NCBI GenBank assembly: GCA_041579295.1
Contig: JBFGGA010000001.1
Location: 2,339-66,338 of the forward strand
Length of the DNA: 64,000 nt
Direction of reading: 5' to 3'
DNA from: Myxococcota bacterium
GTDB lineage: Bacteria > Myxococcota_A > UBA9160 > SMWR01
A program made the translations under genes and the position numbers. The notes under the pieces were generated by a model. It saw only the letters and a list, made by a program, of their open reading frames with translations. It had not been told where the DNA came from and ran no database searches. Below, piece after piece: positions 26,756 through 35,527 of the stretch; the stretch's first letter is position 1; each line of letters starts with the position of its first letter.

Positions 26756-28108
26756 ATGCGCATCGCCTTGCGTTCTACGTTGATCGTCGCGATCGCCAGT
26801 GCCGCGGGCGCAGCCCACGCGCTGCAAAGCCCGGACTGGGACGTACTCGAAGAAACCGCCCAGCATTCCCTCGAATACGCCAGAACGGACGAGCCCGCGC
26901 CCTGGGTGAACCCCGACACGGGCGTCGAAGGCACCTTCACGCCGGTCGCGACCCACGAGGGGCCGGAGGGTCAGGTCTGCCGCGAATACGCGGTCGACGC
27001 GATCATCGACGGCCGCGAGGAGGTCGTCTACGGGACCGCGTGCCGCCTACCGGACGGCACCTGGGTCGAGGCGAACGCCGAGTACACCGAAAGCGAACCG
27101 CCGAAAGAAGACTGCGAGGTGCACTCGGGAACGGACTGGCGCTGGATCATCCCGAACTTCACCATTGCGGGCGGATACTGTTCGCGGAGTTTCTGCGTAG
27201 GCGGTAGCTTCGGCTCGTTCTATCCGAGCTGGTACTACCCCTGGCGGATTCGCTTCGCCTATTGGGACTACGGCTACTGGGGCCACCACTACCGTTACTA
27301 TCCGTACTACACCTACTACCCCCGCCACCACAGCTACCACTCGCACACCCACTACCGCCACCATCGCCGCGCCTACCACGACCGGCACTTCAGCCACCAT
27401 CGACACAAGCACCGGAGCCACCATTACAGTGAGCACAAGGATCGGCATCGAGGTGGCCACTCGAAGCGGGTAGACAAGCGCAGCCGCAGGTCCGATCACG
27501 ACCGCCCCACCAGAGAGCGATCGATCCATCGCCCCTCTCAAGGCGAGCGCTACGCGAGCCATCGAACCGATCGACGCCAAGAGCGCGGAGAACGCCGCGC
27601 GAGCGAGCGATCGGACGACCGTCGAGTGGACGCGCTGCGCTACGCGAGCCACCGATCCGATCGACGCCACGAGCGCGGAGAACGCCGCGCAAGCGAGAGA
27701 TCGAGCGACCGCCGCTCGAAAGGCGAGCGCTACGCGAGCCACCGATCCGATCGGCGCCACGAGCGCGGAGAACGCCGCGCGAGCGAGCGAGCGAGCGACC
27801 GCCGCTCGAAAGGCGAGCGCTACGCGAGCCACCGATCCGATCGACGCCACGAGCGCGGAGAACGCCGCGCGAGCGAGCGATCGAGCGACCGCCGCTCGAA
27901 AGGCGAGCGCTACGCGAGCCACCGATCCGATCGACGCCACGAGCGCGGAGAACGCCGCGCGAGCGAGCGATCGCGCGACCGCCGCTCGCATGGCGAGCGC
28001 TACGCGAGCCACCGCTCGGGCGGCGACCGGTCGCACGGTCGACACGCTTCGACGGGCCGCTCCGGACGCGGGGGCAAAGGGGGCAAGCGCTCCGCGTCCC
28101 GGAACTGA
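26756..28108 (+). CDS. Secreted protein: surface-antigen-like N-domain, Tyr/His/Trp-rich core, Arg/Ser/Glu/Asp-rich 30-aa tandem-repeat tail
   Basis: GAAGGAGG sits 7 nt before the ATG. Signal peptide MRIALRSTLIVAIASAAGAAHA. PWVNPDTGVEGTFTP...GQVCREYAVDAII...GTACRLPDGTWV resembles the 17-kDa surface-antigen type-2 domain (from memory). The frame stays open through YYPYYTYYPRHHSYHSHTHYRHH and 5+ copies of GERYASHRSDRRHERGERRASERSSDRRSK. Confidence 0.7.
   Translation: MRIALRSTLIVAIASAAGAAHALQSPDWDVLEETAQHSLEYARTDEPAPWVNPDTGVEGTFTPVATHEGPEGQVCREYAVDAIIDGREEVVYGTACRLPDGTWVEANAEYTESEPPKEDCEVHSGTDWRWIIPNFTIAGGYCSRSFCVGGSFGSFYPSWYYPWRIRFAYWDYGYWGHHYRYYPYYTYYPRHHSYHSHTHYRHHRRAYHDRHFSHHRHKHRSHHYSEHKDRHRGGHSKRVDKRSRRSDHDRPTRERSIHRPSQGERYASHRTDRRQERGERRASERSDDRRVDALRYASHRSDRRHERGERRASERSSDRRSKGERYASHRSDRRHERGERRASERASDRRSKGERYASHRSDRRHERGERRASERSSDRRSKGERYASHRSDRRHERGERRASERSRDRRSHGERYASHRSGGDRSHGRHASTGRSGRGGKGGKRSASRN
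27541..28020 (+). repeat. 90-bp in-frame tandem repeat array (about 5.3 copies)
   Basis: CGCTACGCGAGCC recurs at 27548, 27638, 27728, 27818, 27908 and 27998. The central copies differ by only a few bases. Confidence 0.9.
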
Positions 28109-28221
28109 GCTCGCCATCCGGCCCGCCCGGCGCGTCGGGCAGCGAAACGACGACCCCGCTCGACCCGGGGGCTACAGTCGGAAGACGGTCGCGCGGCTCG
28201 GAGGGCGGCCGCGGAGGGTCG

Positions 28222-30432
28222 ATGCGGGGCACCGGCGGGGAGCGCTCCAGAGGGCCAACGCTGCGCCGCGGCATGGCCGTCGGCATCGCCCTTTGCGCAA
28301 CACTACTGGCCGTCGCGATCGCGTACCGCAGACCGCTCGCGGAATACTTCCTGGTGCAAGCGCTCCGAGCACGCGGCCTCGGAGACGCCAAGCTCGAGGT
28401 TCGCCGCTTCGACCCCGGGCGCATCGAGTTCGCCAGCTTCAGCAGCGGAGACGGCGACGGAATCGACATCGCGCGCATCGAGGTGCGCTTGTCGGTGAGG
28501 GGCCTTCTCGCGAGCCGACTCGACGCGCTGAAGATCTCGGGCGTGCGACTGCGCGGCACGCTCGACGACGACGGGCTTCGCTTCGGCGCCGTCGACCGCC
28601 TGCTGGAAGGTCGCGCCGGGCGAGCGGACGCGAGCGCACCCGCGGCGATTCCCGCGTCGGAGCTCGAGGTGGACGACGCCTTGCTCGAGATCGTCACCGA
28701 GCGCGGCCCGCTGCGCGCCAGTCTGGAGCTGCGGTTAGCCGAGTTCGCGCCCGGACGGCTCGAGGCCGGCGCCGCGTTGCGAGTCGATCACGAGCGCTCG
28801 AGCCTCGACGCCCGTCTGAGTGCGACGGGAAGCGCGAGCACCATGAGCGGCGAATTGACCGTGCAGGCGAGCTCGGGAGGGCGGCTCGGATCGAAGGTTT
28901 CGGCCAAAGCGGTCTCACTGGCCGCAAAGAGCGCCTTCTCGTTCGATGGCGGCAGCATTGCGATCCGGCCGCTCGATTGCGCGGAGATTCACGTCGAAGG
29001 GCTTTCGATCGAGCCGGACTTCTCACTCGCGGCGCCGCTCGCTCTCTGCCTGCGCTCGCGTTCCGAGTCGGGCTTTCGCGTTTCGCAGCGCGGCGCCATC
29101 GAAGCCGATCTCGAGCTGGCGCCCGTGGCCTTCGCGGCCGAGCTTCGACTCGGAGGCGAGCCCCAACGGCTGGCGGGCGAGCTCTCGAGCGTTCGGTTGC
29201 GCACATCCGGGCGGGGCGACGACTTCGAGGCATCCCTCGAAACCGAAGCCGGCCGGCTCGAGCTCGCCGAGCAGGCCGCGAGATTTCGCGACGTCGCATT
29301 GGTGGCGAATGCGCCGCACGCCGCGCAGCCTCCGGCAATCCAGCTGCGAGTGGGCGAAATCTTCGACGATCGAAAGGAGGCGCGCGTTGCGAGCCTCACG
29401 CTCGATGCGAGCGCCGAGCAGCGCGACGAGCGCATCGCGTTTGCGATGGAGCTCGCGACCTCGGATCGCAATCTCTCGATCGAGATCGACGGCGAGCACG
29501 CACCCGACCGGGCAACGGGCCACGCCCACCTACACCTGCGCCCGATCGCATTCCAGCCCGATGGGCTGCAGCCCGCCGCGCTCTTCCCGATCCTCTCGAA
29601 GCTCGTGACCGAAGCGGCCGGCGCGATCGAGATGAAGGGATCCGTCGGCTGGGACGGCGATCGGAGGTGGGGGCGCGCCGAGGTCGCCGTGATCGATTTC
29701 AGCGCCTCGACTGCAGTGGCGAAATTCGAGCGCGTCAACTCGGTCATCGAGCTGGACGAGAGCGGCGCGACACCACCAGATCAGATCCTCTCGATCGGTC
29801 GCCTGGACTTCGGCCTCGAGCTCACGGACGGACTGATCCGATTTCGTCTGGAGCCCGGCGGGGCCGTCGCAGTCGAGACGGCCGCGTGGAAGTTCGCGGG
29901 CGGCGAGCTCGCCACGAGCGGCGCAGTCGATCTGCGGGCGAAGAGCAGAGGCACGTCGCTGCGCGTGACGGGCGTCGATCTGACCCGACTCATCGAACTC
30001 GTGAACCTGGACGGGCTGAGTGGATCGGGTCGGCTGGACGGCGAGATTCCGATCGCGCTGGGCGACGATCTCGAGATCCGCAACGCCGTGCTGCGCTCCT
30101 CGGACGAGGGCGGCATCATCCGCTACCGCCCGAATCGGGGCGCGGCGAACATGGCCGCGGCGGATGATCGATTTGCCACGACGCTCGCGGTGTTGGAGAA
30201 CTTCCACTACGACAAGCTCGAGCTCGGTATCGATGGCCCCGCGCAAGGAGAGGTCGCGATCCAGATCCGTCTGGCCGGATCCAACCCGGACTACCGAAAT
30301 GGACATCCCATCGATTTCAACCTCTCCGTGGAGTCGCGGCTCTCCGACCTCCTGCGGACGGGCATCCGCATCTACAGGATCCCCGCAGAGATCGAGAAGC
30401 GGCTCGCGGCGTTCGCGGAGCGGATGCGATGA
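28222..30432 (+). CDS. ydbH: YdbH-like AsmA-family intermembrane lipid-transport protein
   Basis: GGAGGG precedes ATG 28222. N-terminal TM anchor MAVGIALCATLLAVAIAYRRPL, a long beta-rich body, and a C-terminal YDKLELGIDGPAQGEVAIQIRLAGSNPDYRNGHPIDFNLSVE typical of YdbH. It is followed by ynbE and ydbL. Confidence 0.8.
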   Translation: MRGTGGERSRGPTLRRGMAVGIALCATLLAVAIAYRRPLAEYFLVQALRARGLGDAKLEVRRFDPGRIEFASFSSGDGDGIDIARIEVRLSVRGLLASRLDALKISGVRLRGTLDDDGLRFGAVDRLLEGRAGRADASAPAAIPASELEVDDALLEIVTERGPLRASLELRLAEFAPGRLEAGAALRVDHERSSLDARLSATGSASTMSGELTVQASSGGRLGSKVSAKAVSLAAKSAFSFDGGSIAIRPLDCAEIHVEGLSIEPDFSLAAPLALCLRSRSESGFRVSQRGAIEADLELAPVAFAAELRLGGEPQRLAGELSSVRLRTSGRGDDFEASLETEAGRLELAEQAARFRDVALVANAPHAAQPPAIQLRVGEIFDDRKEARVASLTLDASAEQRDERIAFAMELATSDRNLSIEIDGEHAPDRATGHAHLHLRPIAFQPDGLQPAALFPILSKLVTEAAGAIEMKGSVGWDGDRRWGRAEVAVIDFSASTAVAKFERVNSVIELDESGATPPDQILSIGRLDFGLELTDGLIRFRLEPGGAVAVETAAWKFAGGELATSGAVDLRAKSRGTSLRVTGVDLTRLIELVNLDGLSGSGRLDGEIPIALGDDLEIRNAVLRSSDEGGIIRYRPNRGAANMAAADDRFATTLAVLENFHYDKLELGIDGPAQGEVAIQIRLAGSNPDYRNGHPIDFNLSVESRLSDLLRTGIRIYRIPAEIEKRLAAFAERMR

Positions 30433-30556
30433 ATATCCGCGCGAGCGTCCGCGTCCATCCTTGGGAAGCGGCGAGAGCGCCCGATGCCCGCAGCTGGACG
30501 CGAATCGGGCGGCCCGTTAGGCTCGCGCGGTAGTGGAGATTTCGAGGGGGTCGACG

Positions 30557-30754
30557 ATGACGGCTCGATTGCATCCTGCGCTCTTGGCTGCCTGGTGGGT
30601 CGCGAGCCTCGCGGCCTGCACGCCCAAGGTCCAAGTCGAACCGCCCAAAGAGCCGATTACGATCAACCTCAACGTCAAGATCGAACACGAGATCAGGGTG
30701 AAGGTCGACCAGGATCTCGAGAATCTCTTCGAAGAGGACGACCAGCTCTTCTAG
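30557..30754 (+). CDS. ynbE: YnbE-family lipoprotein
   Basis: MTARLHPALLAAWWVASLAACTPKVQVEPPKEPITINLNVKIEHEIRVKVDQDLENLFEEDDQLF closely parallels E. coli YnbE (CTP...PKEPITINMNVKIEHEI). GAGGGGG precedes the ATG. Confidence 0.85.
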   Translation: MTARLHPALLAAWWVASLAACTPKVQVEPPKEPITINLNVKIEHEIRVKVDQDLENLFEEDDQLF

Positions 30755-30777
30755 GCGACGATGAAGGGGACAAGACC

Positions 30778-31137
30778 ATGGCAAGACACGCCCTTTGTGC
30801 AAAGCGGATCGGATCGTCCATGCGCTGGCTGGCCACCCTCGTCCTGTTCGGTGCGCTGGCCGCGAACGCGGACATCCTCGACGACGCCAAGGCGGCCGGC
30901 CAGATCGGCGAGTGTGTGGACGGCTACGTGCATCTGGTAGATCCGAACGCGCCCGACGCCGTGAAGGCCCTCGTCAAAGACGTGAACGACAAGCGCAGGG
31001 AGAAGTACGCGAGCATCGCGAAGACGCGCGGGACCTCGCTCGAGAACGTGGCTGCGCTCGCGGGCGCCAAGCTCGTGGAGCGCGCACCGGCGGGACAGTA
31101 CGTGAAGGACAGCACCGGCAAGTGGCGCAGGAAGTGA
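30778..31137 (+). CDS. ydbL: YdbL-like periplasmic protein (DUF1318)
   Basis: Signal peptide, then LDDAKAAGQIGECVDGYV...VNDKRREKYASIAKTRGTSLENVAALAGAKLVERAPAGQYVKDSTGKWRRK, the DUF1318 pattern. It is the third gene of the ydbH operon. Confidence 0.8.
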   Translation: MARHALCAKRIGSSMRWLATLVLFGALAANADILDDAKAAGQIGECVDGYVHLVDPNAPDAVKALVKDVNDKRREKYASIAKTRGTSLENVAALAGAKLVERAPAGQYVKDSTGKWRRK

Positions 31138-31155
31138 CGAGGGAAGAGCGCTGAC

Positions 31156-31566
31156 TCACCCTGCGACGGAAGCCACCGGCTCCACGACGATGGTCAGACC
31201 GCGCACTGCGACGACGCGCACCGACGCGCCCGTCGGGAGCGAGGCGTCGCGGTCCTCCAACTCCGCCTTCCAGAGCTCCGATCCGAGCCTCACGTAGCCC
31301 GACGGAGCGAGCGGCTGGGTGACGACTCCGAGCGCGCCGCGGATCCCGTCCACCCCGCTCGAGCTGCCGGACTCGTAGGCGACCCGCACCAGCGGATACA
31401 TCGCGATGTCCTTCGCGATCCAGAACGCCACCAGCGCGTAGGCGACGGGGACGGGGAGGTTCCACCAGCGTACGGCAGCTGCGAGACCGAGGCCGAGCAG
31501 GATCAGGTCGGGAATCTGAAACAGCGTGTAGCGGACGAGCGTCCGCCGCCGGGGGCGAAGGCTCAC
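31156..31566 (-). CDS. NfeD-family membrane protein
   Basis: GTG 31566 overlaps the upstream stop (GTGA). Two TM helices (LILLGLGLAAAV, VAYALVAFWIAKDIAMY), then an OB-fold tail GVVTQPLAPSGYVRLGSELWKAELED...GASVRVVAVRGLTIVVEP. Confidence 0.75.
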   Translation of the reverse strand: MSLRPRRRTLVRYTLFQIPDLILLGLGLAAAVRWWNLPVPVAYALVAFWIAKDIAMYPLVRVAYESGSSSGVDGIRGALGVVTQPLAPSGYVRLGSELWKAELEDRDASLPTGASVRVVAVRGLTIVVEPVASVAG

Positions 31567-32732
31567 GCGATGACCTTCGAGGCGCGCAGGCGAGCGATCT
31601 CTCCGGCGGCGATCCCCCAATCCGCGAGCGCCTCGTCGGTGTGCTGGCCGGCGCGGGGAGGGGGGCTGGAAATCCGGCAAGGCGTGCGACTGAAGCGCGG
31701 CGCTGGGGCCGGTTGCAACGCGCCCGCCACCTCCACGAAGGTCCCGCGCTGCTCGAGGTGCGGGTGTTCGGCGGCCTCGTCGATCGAGAGCACCGGTGCG
31801 AAGCAGGCGTCCGTTCCCTCCAGCAGCTCGCACCACTCGTCGCGCGTCCGCGTCTTGATCAGCTCGGCGAAGCGCTGCTTCTGCTCGCTCCAGCGCGAGC
31901 GGTCCATCGGATCGCCCAGATCCTCGGGCGCGAGCCCGAGCCTCTCGATCAACTCCGCGTAGAACTTCGACTCGATCGCGCCGACGGATATGTATCTTCC
32001 GTCGGCAGTCTCGTAGGTGTCGTAGAACGGAGCTCCGCCATCGAGCAGGTTGGTTCCCCGCTCGGGTTTCCACCAGCCGCTCTGTCGCGCGGCGTGGAAA
32101 AGTGTCATCAGGACGGCGGCCCCGTCGACCATCGCCGCGTCGACCACCTGCCCCTTGCCGGAGGCCGCGCGCTCGAAAAGCGCGCACGCGATGCCGTACG
32201 CGAGAAACATCCCACCGCCGCCGAAATCGCCGACCAGATTCAACGGAGGAACCGGCTTCTCTCCCGCGCGACCGATCGGTTCCAGTGCGCCGGCCAGCGC
32301 GATGTAGTTGATGTCGTGACCCGCCGCGTGGGCGAGTGGGCCCTGCTGGCCCCAGCCGGTCATGCGCCCGAAGATGATCCGCGGATTGCGGGCCAGACAG
32401 GCCTCCGGACCGACGCCGAGCCGCTCCATCACGCCCGGTCGAAACCCCTCGATCAGGACATCGGCCGCCTCCACGAGCTTCAGCAACAGCTCGACGCCTT
32501 CCGCGCGCTTCAGATCGAGGGCGACGCTGCGCCGACCTCGCGCGAGGAAATCGAGCGGCGGAGCGCTCTCGCCCCCATCGCCCCCGACGCGATCGAAGCG
32601 CAGCAGTCCGGCCCGATCGGTGCGATCGACCCGCAGCACCTCGGCTCCCATGTCGGCGAGCATCATCGTCGCGAAGGGCGCCGGGCCCAGGGCCGCGATC
32701 TCCAGAATCTTCACACCGCTGAGCGGTCCCAT
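31563..32732 (-). CDS. Family III CoA-transferase (CaiB/BaiF; alpha-methylacyl-CoA racemase-like)
   Basis: MGPLSGVKILEIAALGPAPFATMMLADMGAEVLRVDR, GRRSVALDLK, and GHDINYIALAGAL containing the catalytic Asp region. Confidence 0.9.
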   Translation of the reverse strand: MGPLSGVKILEIAALGPAPFATMMLADMGAEVLRVDRTDRAGLLRFDRVGGDGGESAPPLDFLARGRRSVALDLKRAEGVELLLKLVEAADVLIEGFRPGVMERLGVGPEACLARNPRIIFGRMTGWGQQGPLAHAAGHDINYIALAGALEPIGRAGEKPVPPLNLVGDFGGGGMFLAYGIACALFERAASGKGQVVDAAMVDGAAVLMTLFHAARQSGWWKPERGTNLLDGGAPFYDTYETADGRYISVGAIESKFYAELIERLGLAPEDLGDPMDRSRWSEQKQRFAELIKTRTRDEWCELLEGTDACFAPVLSIDEAAEHPHLEQRGTFVEVAGALQPAPAPRFSRTPCRISSPPPRAGQHTDEALADWGIAAGEIARLRASKVIA

Positions 32733-32754
32733 CGCGCTCTCCGTGCGATCGACG

Positions 32755-34197
32755 TCAAGCCACGTCTGCGAGCGCGGCTTCGAGCAGGCGCGCCTTGTCC
32801 ATGCTCTCCTGCCACTCGTCTGCGGGGTTCGAATCGGCGACGATGCCGCCGCCGGTGTGCAGGTAGGCGCGACCGTCGACCAACAGGATGGTCCGGATGA
32901 CGACGCAGAGGTCCGCCCCTCCCCGGACGTCGAAGTAACCGAGCGCCCCCGAGTAGATGCCCCTCCTCACGGGCTCGAGCTCGTCGAGGATGCGCATCGC
33001 GGCGATCTTCGGGGCGCCCGTCATCGAGCCGGGTGGAAACGTCGCGCGCACCAGATCGAAGACGTCGCATTCCTCGCGGAGCTTGCCGCAAACCGTCGAC
33101 ACCATCTGGTAGACGGACGCGTAGCCCTCGATCGCCATGAGCTCCGGAACCTCCACGCTCCCGATCTCGCAGACGCGCCCGAGATCGTTGCGCACCAGGT
33201 CGACGATCATCAGGTTCTCGGCCCGATCCTTCGCGGAAGCTTCCAGCGCGGCCCGGATCGCGAGATCCGTCGCTTCGTCGCGACCGCGCGGTCGCGTGCC
33301 CTTGATCGGCCGGCTCTCGACCCGCCGGTCGCCAGACACGCGGAGGAAGCGCTCCGGGGAGCTACCGATGATCGCCACCTCGGGAAGCTCGAGGTAGCTA
33401 GCGAAGGGCGCGGGGTTCAGCTCGCGCAGCCGCCGATAGAGCGCCCACGGGTCCGCCGAGAAGTCGCGCTCCCTGCGATGCGTGAGGCACACCTGATAGA
33501 CCTCGCCCGCCTCGATCTCCTCTTTCGCGGCATCGACCGCCTTCGCGTAGGTATCCGCGTCGAAGAACGAGAACGGAGCCGCCGCGCGCGCCGCACGGGC
33601 GGGCGGCGTAGCCGGCCGCTCGACCTCGAGCTGCGCGCAGAGCTCGGCGACCGCCCGCTGCGCGCACTCCGCCGCTTCGTCGGGTTCGTCCGCAAAACCG
33701 AGCGCGCACGCGTACAGCCGGCCGTCGCGCGAATCGTGCGCGAAGAACCGATCGACGAAGAGCAGGTAGAGATCCGGCAGCTGCAGGTCGTCGAGACCGC
33801 GGAACCGATGCACGTCGAACTGGTTTGCCAGCTCGTAGCCGAGGTAGCCCACCGCACCGCCGATGAAGGGAAGATCGGCGGGCGGCGAGTCCACCGGCGG
33901 CTCCGGGAACAGCGCGCGCACGAGCGCCAACAGGTCGCCCGTCGCCTCGCGACGCCCGACGGCGAGGCCCGGCCGCGCAGCGCGCCGGCACTCCACCTCG
34001 ATCTCCGACCCGCGCCCGCGCACGACCAGGTACGGATCCGCTCCCGCGAAGGAGAACCTGCCGCGCTCCGAGGCCAGTGCGCTGTGGAGCAGCCACGGGT
34101 AGGGGCTCGCGCGCAACTTCTCGAGCACCTCAGGCGCTCCGCGTGCGGGCTGGATCTCGCGCACCGAGTGGACGGTCTTTCCAGAGAGCGGATACAC
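32755..34197 (-). CDS. pabB: Aminodeoxychorismate synthase component I (chorismate-binding enzyme)
   Basis: SPERFLRV, PPGSMTGAPKIAAMRILDELEPVRRGIYSGALGYF and IRTILL..GGGIVADS. Start set at in-frame GTG 34197, since the longer ORF to 34356 overlaps the divergent gene. PabB versus TrpE cannot be settled by eye. Confidence 0.8.
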   Translation of the reverse strand: MYPLSGKTVHSVREIQPARGAPEVLEKLRASPYPWLLHSALASERGRFSFAGADPYLVVRGRGSEIEVECRRAARPGLAVGRREATGDLLALVRALFPEPPVDSPPADLPFIGGAVGYLGYELANQFDVHRFRGLDDLQLPDLYLLFVDRFFAHDSRDGRLYACALGFADEPDEAAECAQRAVAELCAQLEVERPATPPARAARAAAPFSFFDADTYAKAVDAAKEEIEAGEVYQVCLTHRRERDFSADPWALYRRLRELNPAPFASYLELPEVAIIGSSPERFLRVSGDRRVESRPIKGTRPRGRDEATDLAIRAALEASAKDRAENLMIVDLVRNDLGRVCEIGSVEVPELMAIEGYASVYQMVSTVCGKLREECDVFDLVRATFPPGSMTGAPKIAAMRILDELEPVRRGIYSGALGYFDVRGGADLCVVIRTILLVDGRAYLHTGGGIVADSNPADEWQESMDKARLLEAALADVA

Positions 34198-34248
34198 GGA
34201 GGCCTCCGGGCGCGAGGCTACCCCATGGTGCTGGGCTAGGCTGGCGCC

Positions 34249-35100
34249 ATGAATCGAAATTTGATCTTCCACGCGGGCTGCCCGGACGGCTTCGGGGCGG
34301 CTTGGGCAACGCACCGGGCCTGGGGGGACGACGCGCGATACATCCCGAGAAGTCACGACGACGATTTCGACCCCGAGCGATTCGAAGACGAACTCGTCGT
34401 CTTCGCCGATATCTCGCTACCCAACCCCCTGCTGCGGCAGTTGGGAGAGGTCGCGGCAGAGGTGGTCGTCCTCGACCACCACCTGACCGCACGCGACCAT
34501 TTCGCCGCGGATCCAGCCCTCGAGAACGCGCTCACCGCGAGGGGCCATCGGGTGCACTTCGACCTCGAGCGATCGGGCGCCATGCTCGCCTGGAACCACT
34601 TCCACCCCGGCGAAGCCGCGCCCGACATCCTGCGCTACGTCCAGGACCAGGACCTCTGGGCCTGGGAGCTGCCGGATTCCGAAGAGGTCAACGCCGCGAT
34701 CGGCTCGATGCCGCGGCGCTTCGACGAGTGGAACGAGCTCGCAGCGCGGCCGATCGAGAGCCTGGCCGCGGAGGGCCGTCCGATCGTGCGAGCCAACCGC
34801 ATCGAGGTCGAGCGCAGCGTGGCGCTCGCACACCCGGTCGCAATCGGAAACGTGAGGATCGAGGCGGTCAACGCGCGCCAGCTGCGCGCCGCGATCGGCC
34901 ACGAGCTCGCGAAGCGCGCGCGATACGGTCGGCCCTGGGGAATCGTCTACCGGCTGACGGGCAGCCGAGTCGACTGCTCGATCTACTCGCTCGGAGATTG
35001 CGATGCCTCCGAGCTCGCGAAGAAGTTCGGCGGCGGCGGCCACCGCAACGCCTCGGGCTTCAGCGTATCGCTGCGCTCGTGGCTCGAGGACTTCGTCTAG
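34249..35100 (+). CDS. DHH/DHHA1-family phosphoesterase
   Basis: MNRNLIFHAGCPDGFGAAW (motif I-like), VVVLDHH (DHH motif) and a C-terminal FGGGGHRNASGF (DHHA1 GGGH). Confidence 0.75.
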   Translation: MNRNLIFHAGCPDGFGAAWATHRAWGDDARYIPRSHDDDFDPERFEDELVVFADISLPNPLLRQLGEVAAEVVVLDHHLTARDHFAADPALENALTARGHRVHFDLERSGAMLAWNHFHPGEAAPDILRYVQDQDLWAWELPDSEEVNAAIGSMPRRFDEWNELAARPIESLAAEGRPIVRANRIEVERSVALAHPVAIGNVRIEAVNARQLRAAIGHELAKRARYGRPWGIVYRLTGSRVDCSIYSLGDCDASELAKKFGGGGHRNASGFSVSLRSWLEDFV

Positions 35101-35206
35101 CCCTCCGCCAACGCGAGCAACGGCCCCGACCTGCAGGCCATCCAGCGCGAGGCCACCCCCGGAGCCCGATTCGCCGGCCGTCTACTTCGACGGAGGCGAT
35201 CGCCCG

Positions 35207-35497
35207 CTATCCGCCGGCCGTCCACTCCGACGGGGTGAGCGTCCTCATCGAGAGGGCGTGAATCTCGCCCCCCATCGCGCGCCCGAGCGCGTCGTAGACG
35301 AGGCGCTGCCGCTCTACGGGAGTCTTGCCCTCGAATTGCAGCGAGACGACGACGGCCCTGAAATGCCCACCCCCGTCGCGGGCACCCGCGTGCCCCGCGT
35401 GAAGGTGGCTTTCGTCGATCACCTCGACGTGAACGGCGGCGAGGCGCTCGCGCAGCGCGGTCTCGATGCGCACGCGCCGATCGGCCGGGTCAGACAC
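35207..35497 (-). CDS. bolA: BolA-family protein
   Basis: VEVIDESHLHAGHAGA...GHFRAVVVSLQFEGKTPVERQRLVYDAL...IHALSMRTLTPSEW is the canonical BolA pattern. Confidence 0.9.
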   Translation of the reverse strand: MSDPADRRVRIETALRERLAAVHVEVIDESHLHAGHAGARDGGGHFRAVVVSLQFEGKTPVERQRLVYDALGRAMGGEIHALSMRTLTPSEWTAGG

Positions 35498-35527
35498 GGA
35501 GCGCTGTCATCCGCTGGCCGACGCCAG

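Noticed and set aside
27541-28020. Whether the 90-bp repeat array could be a CRISPR array
   Set aside because: The repeats are directly adjacent with no unique spacers, keep an open reading frame, and no cas genes are nearby. It is a coding tandem repeat.
27047-28117. Antisense 356-aa ORF across the tandem repeats, giving an Ala/Val-rich repeat protein (ARVALAFRAAVARSLARAAFSALVASIGSV...)
   Set aside because: It has no RBS or sensible N-terminus. The plus frame has a strong RBS, a signal peptide and a recognisable N-domain and continues uninterrupted through the repeats. The antisense frame cannot be formally excluded without expression data.
32826-32835. GGTTCGAATC, a tRNA T-loop-like string
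   Set aside because: The flanking bases cannot form a T-stem (CGGGG versus CGGCG). No acceptor or anticodon arms are evident, and the string lies inside the pabB coding frame.
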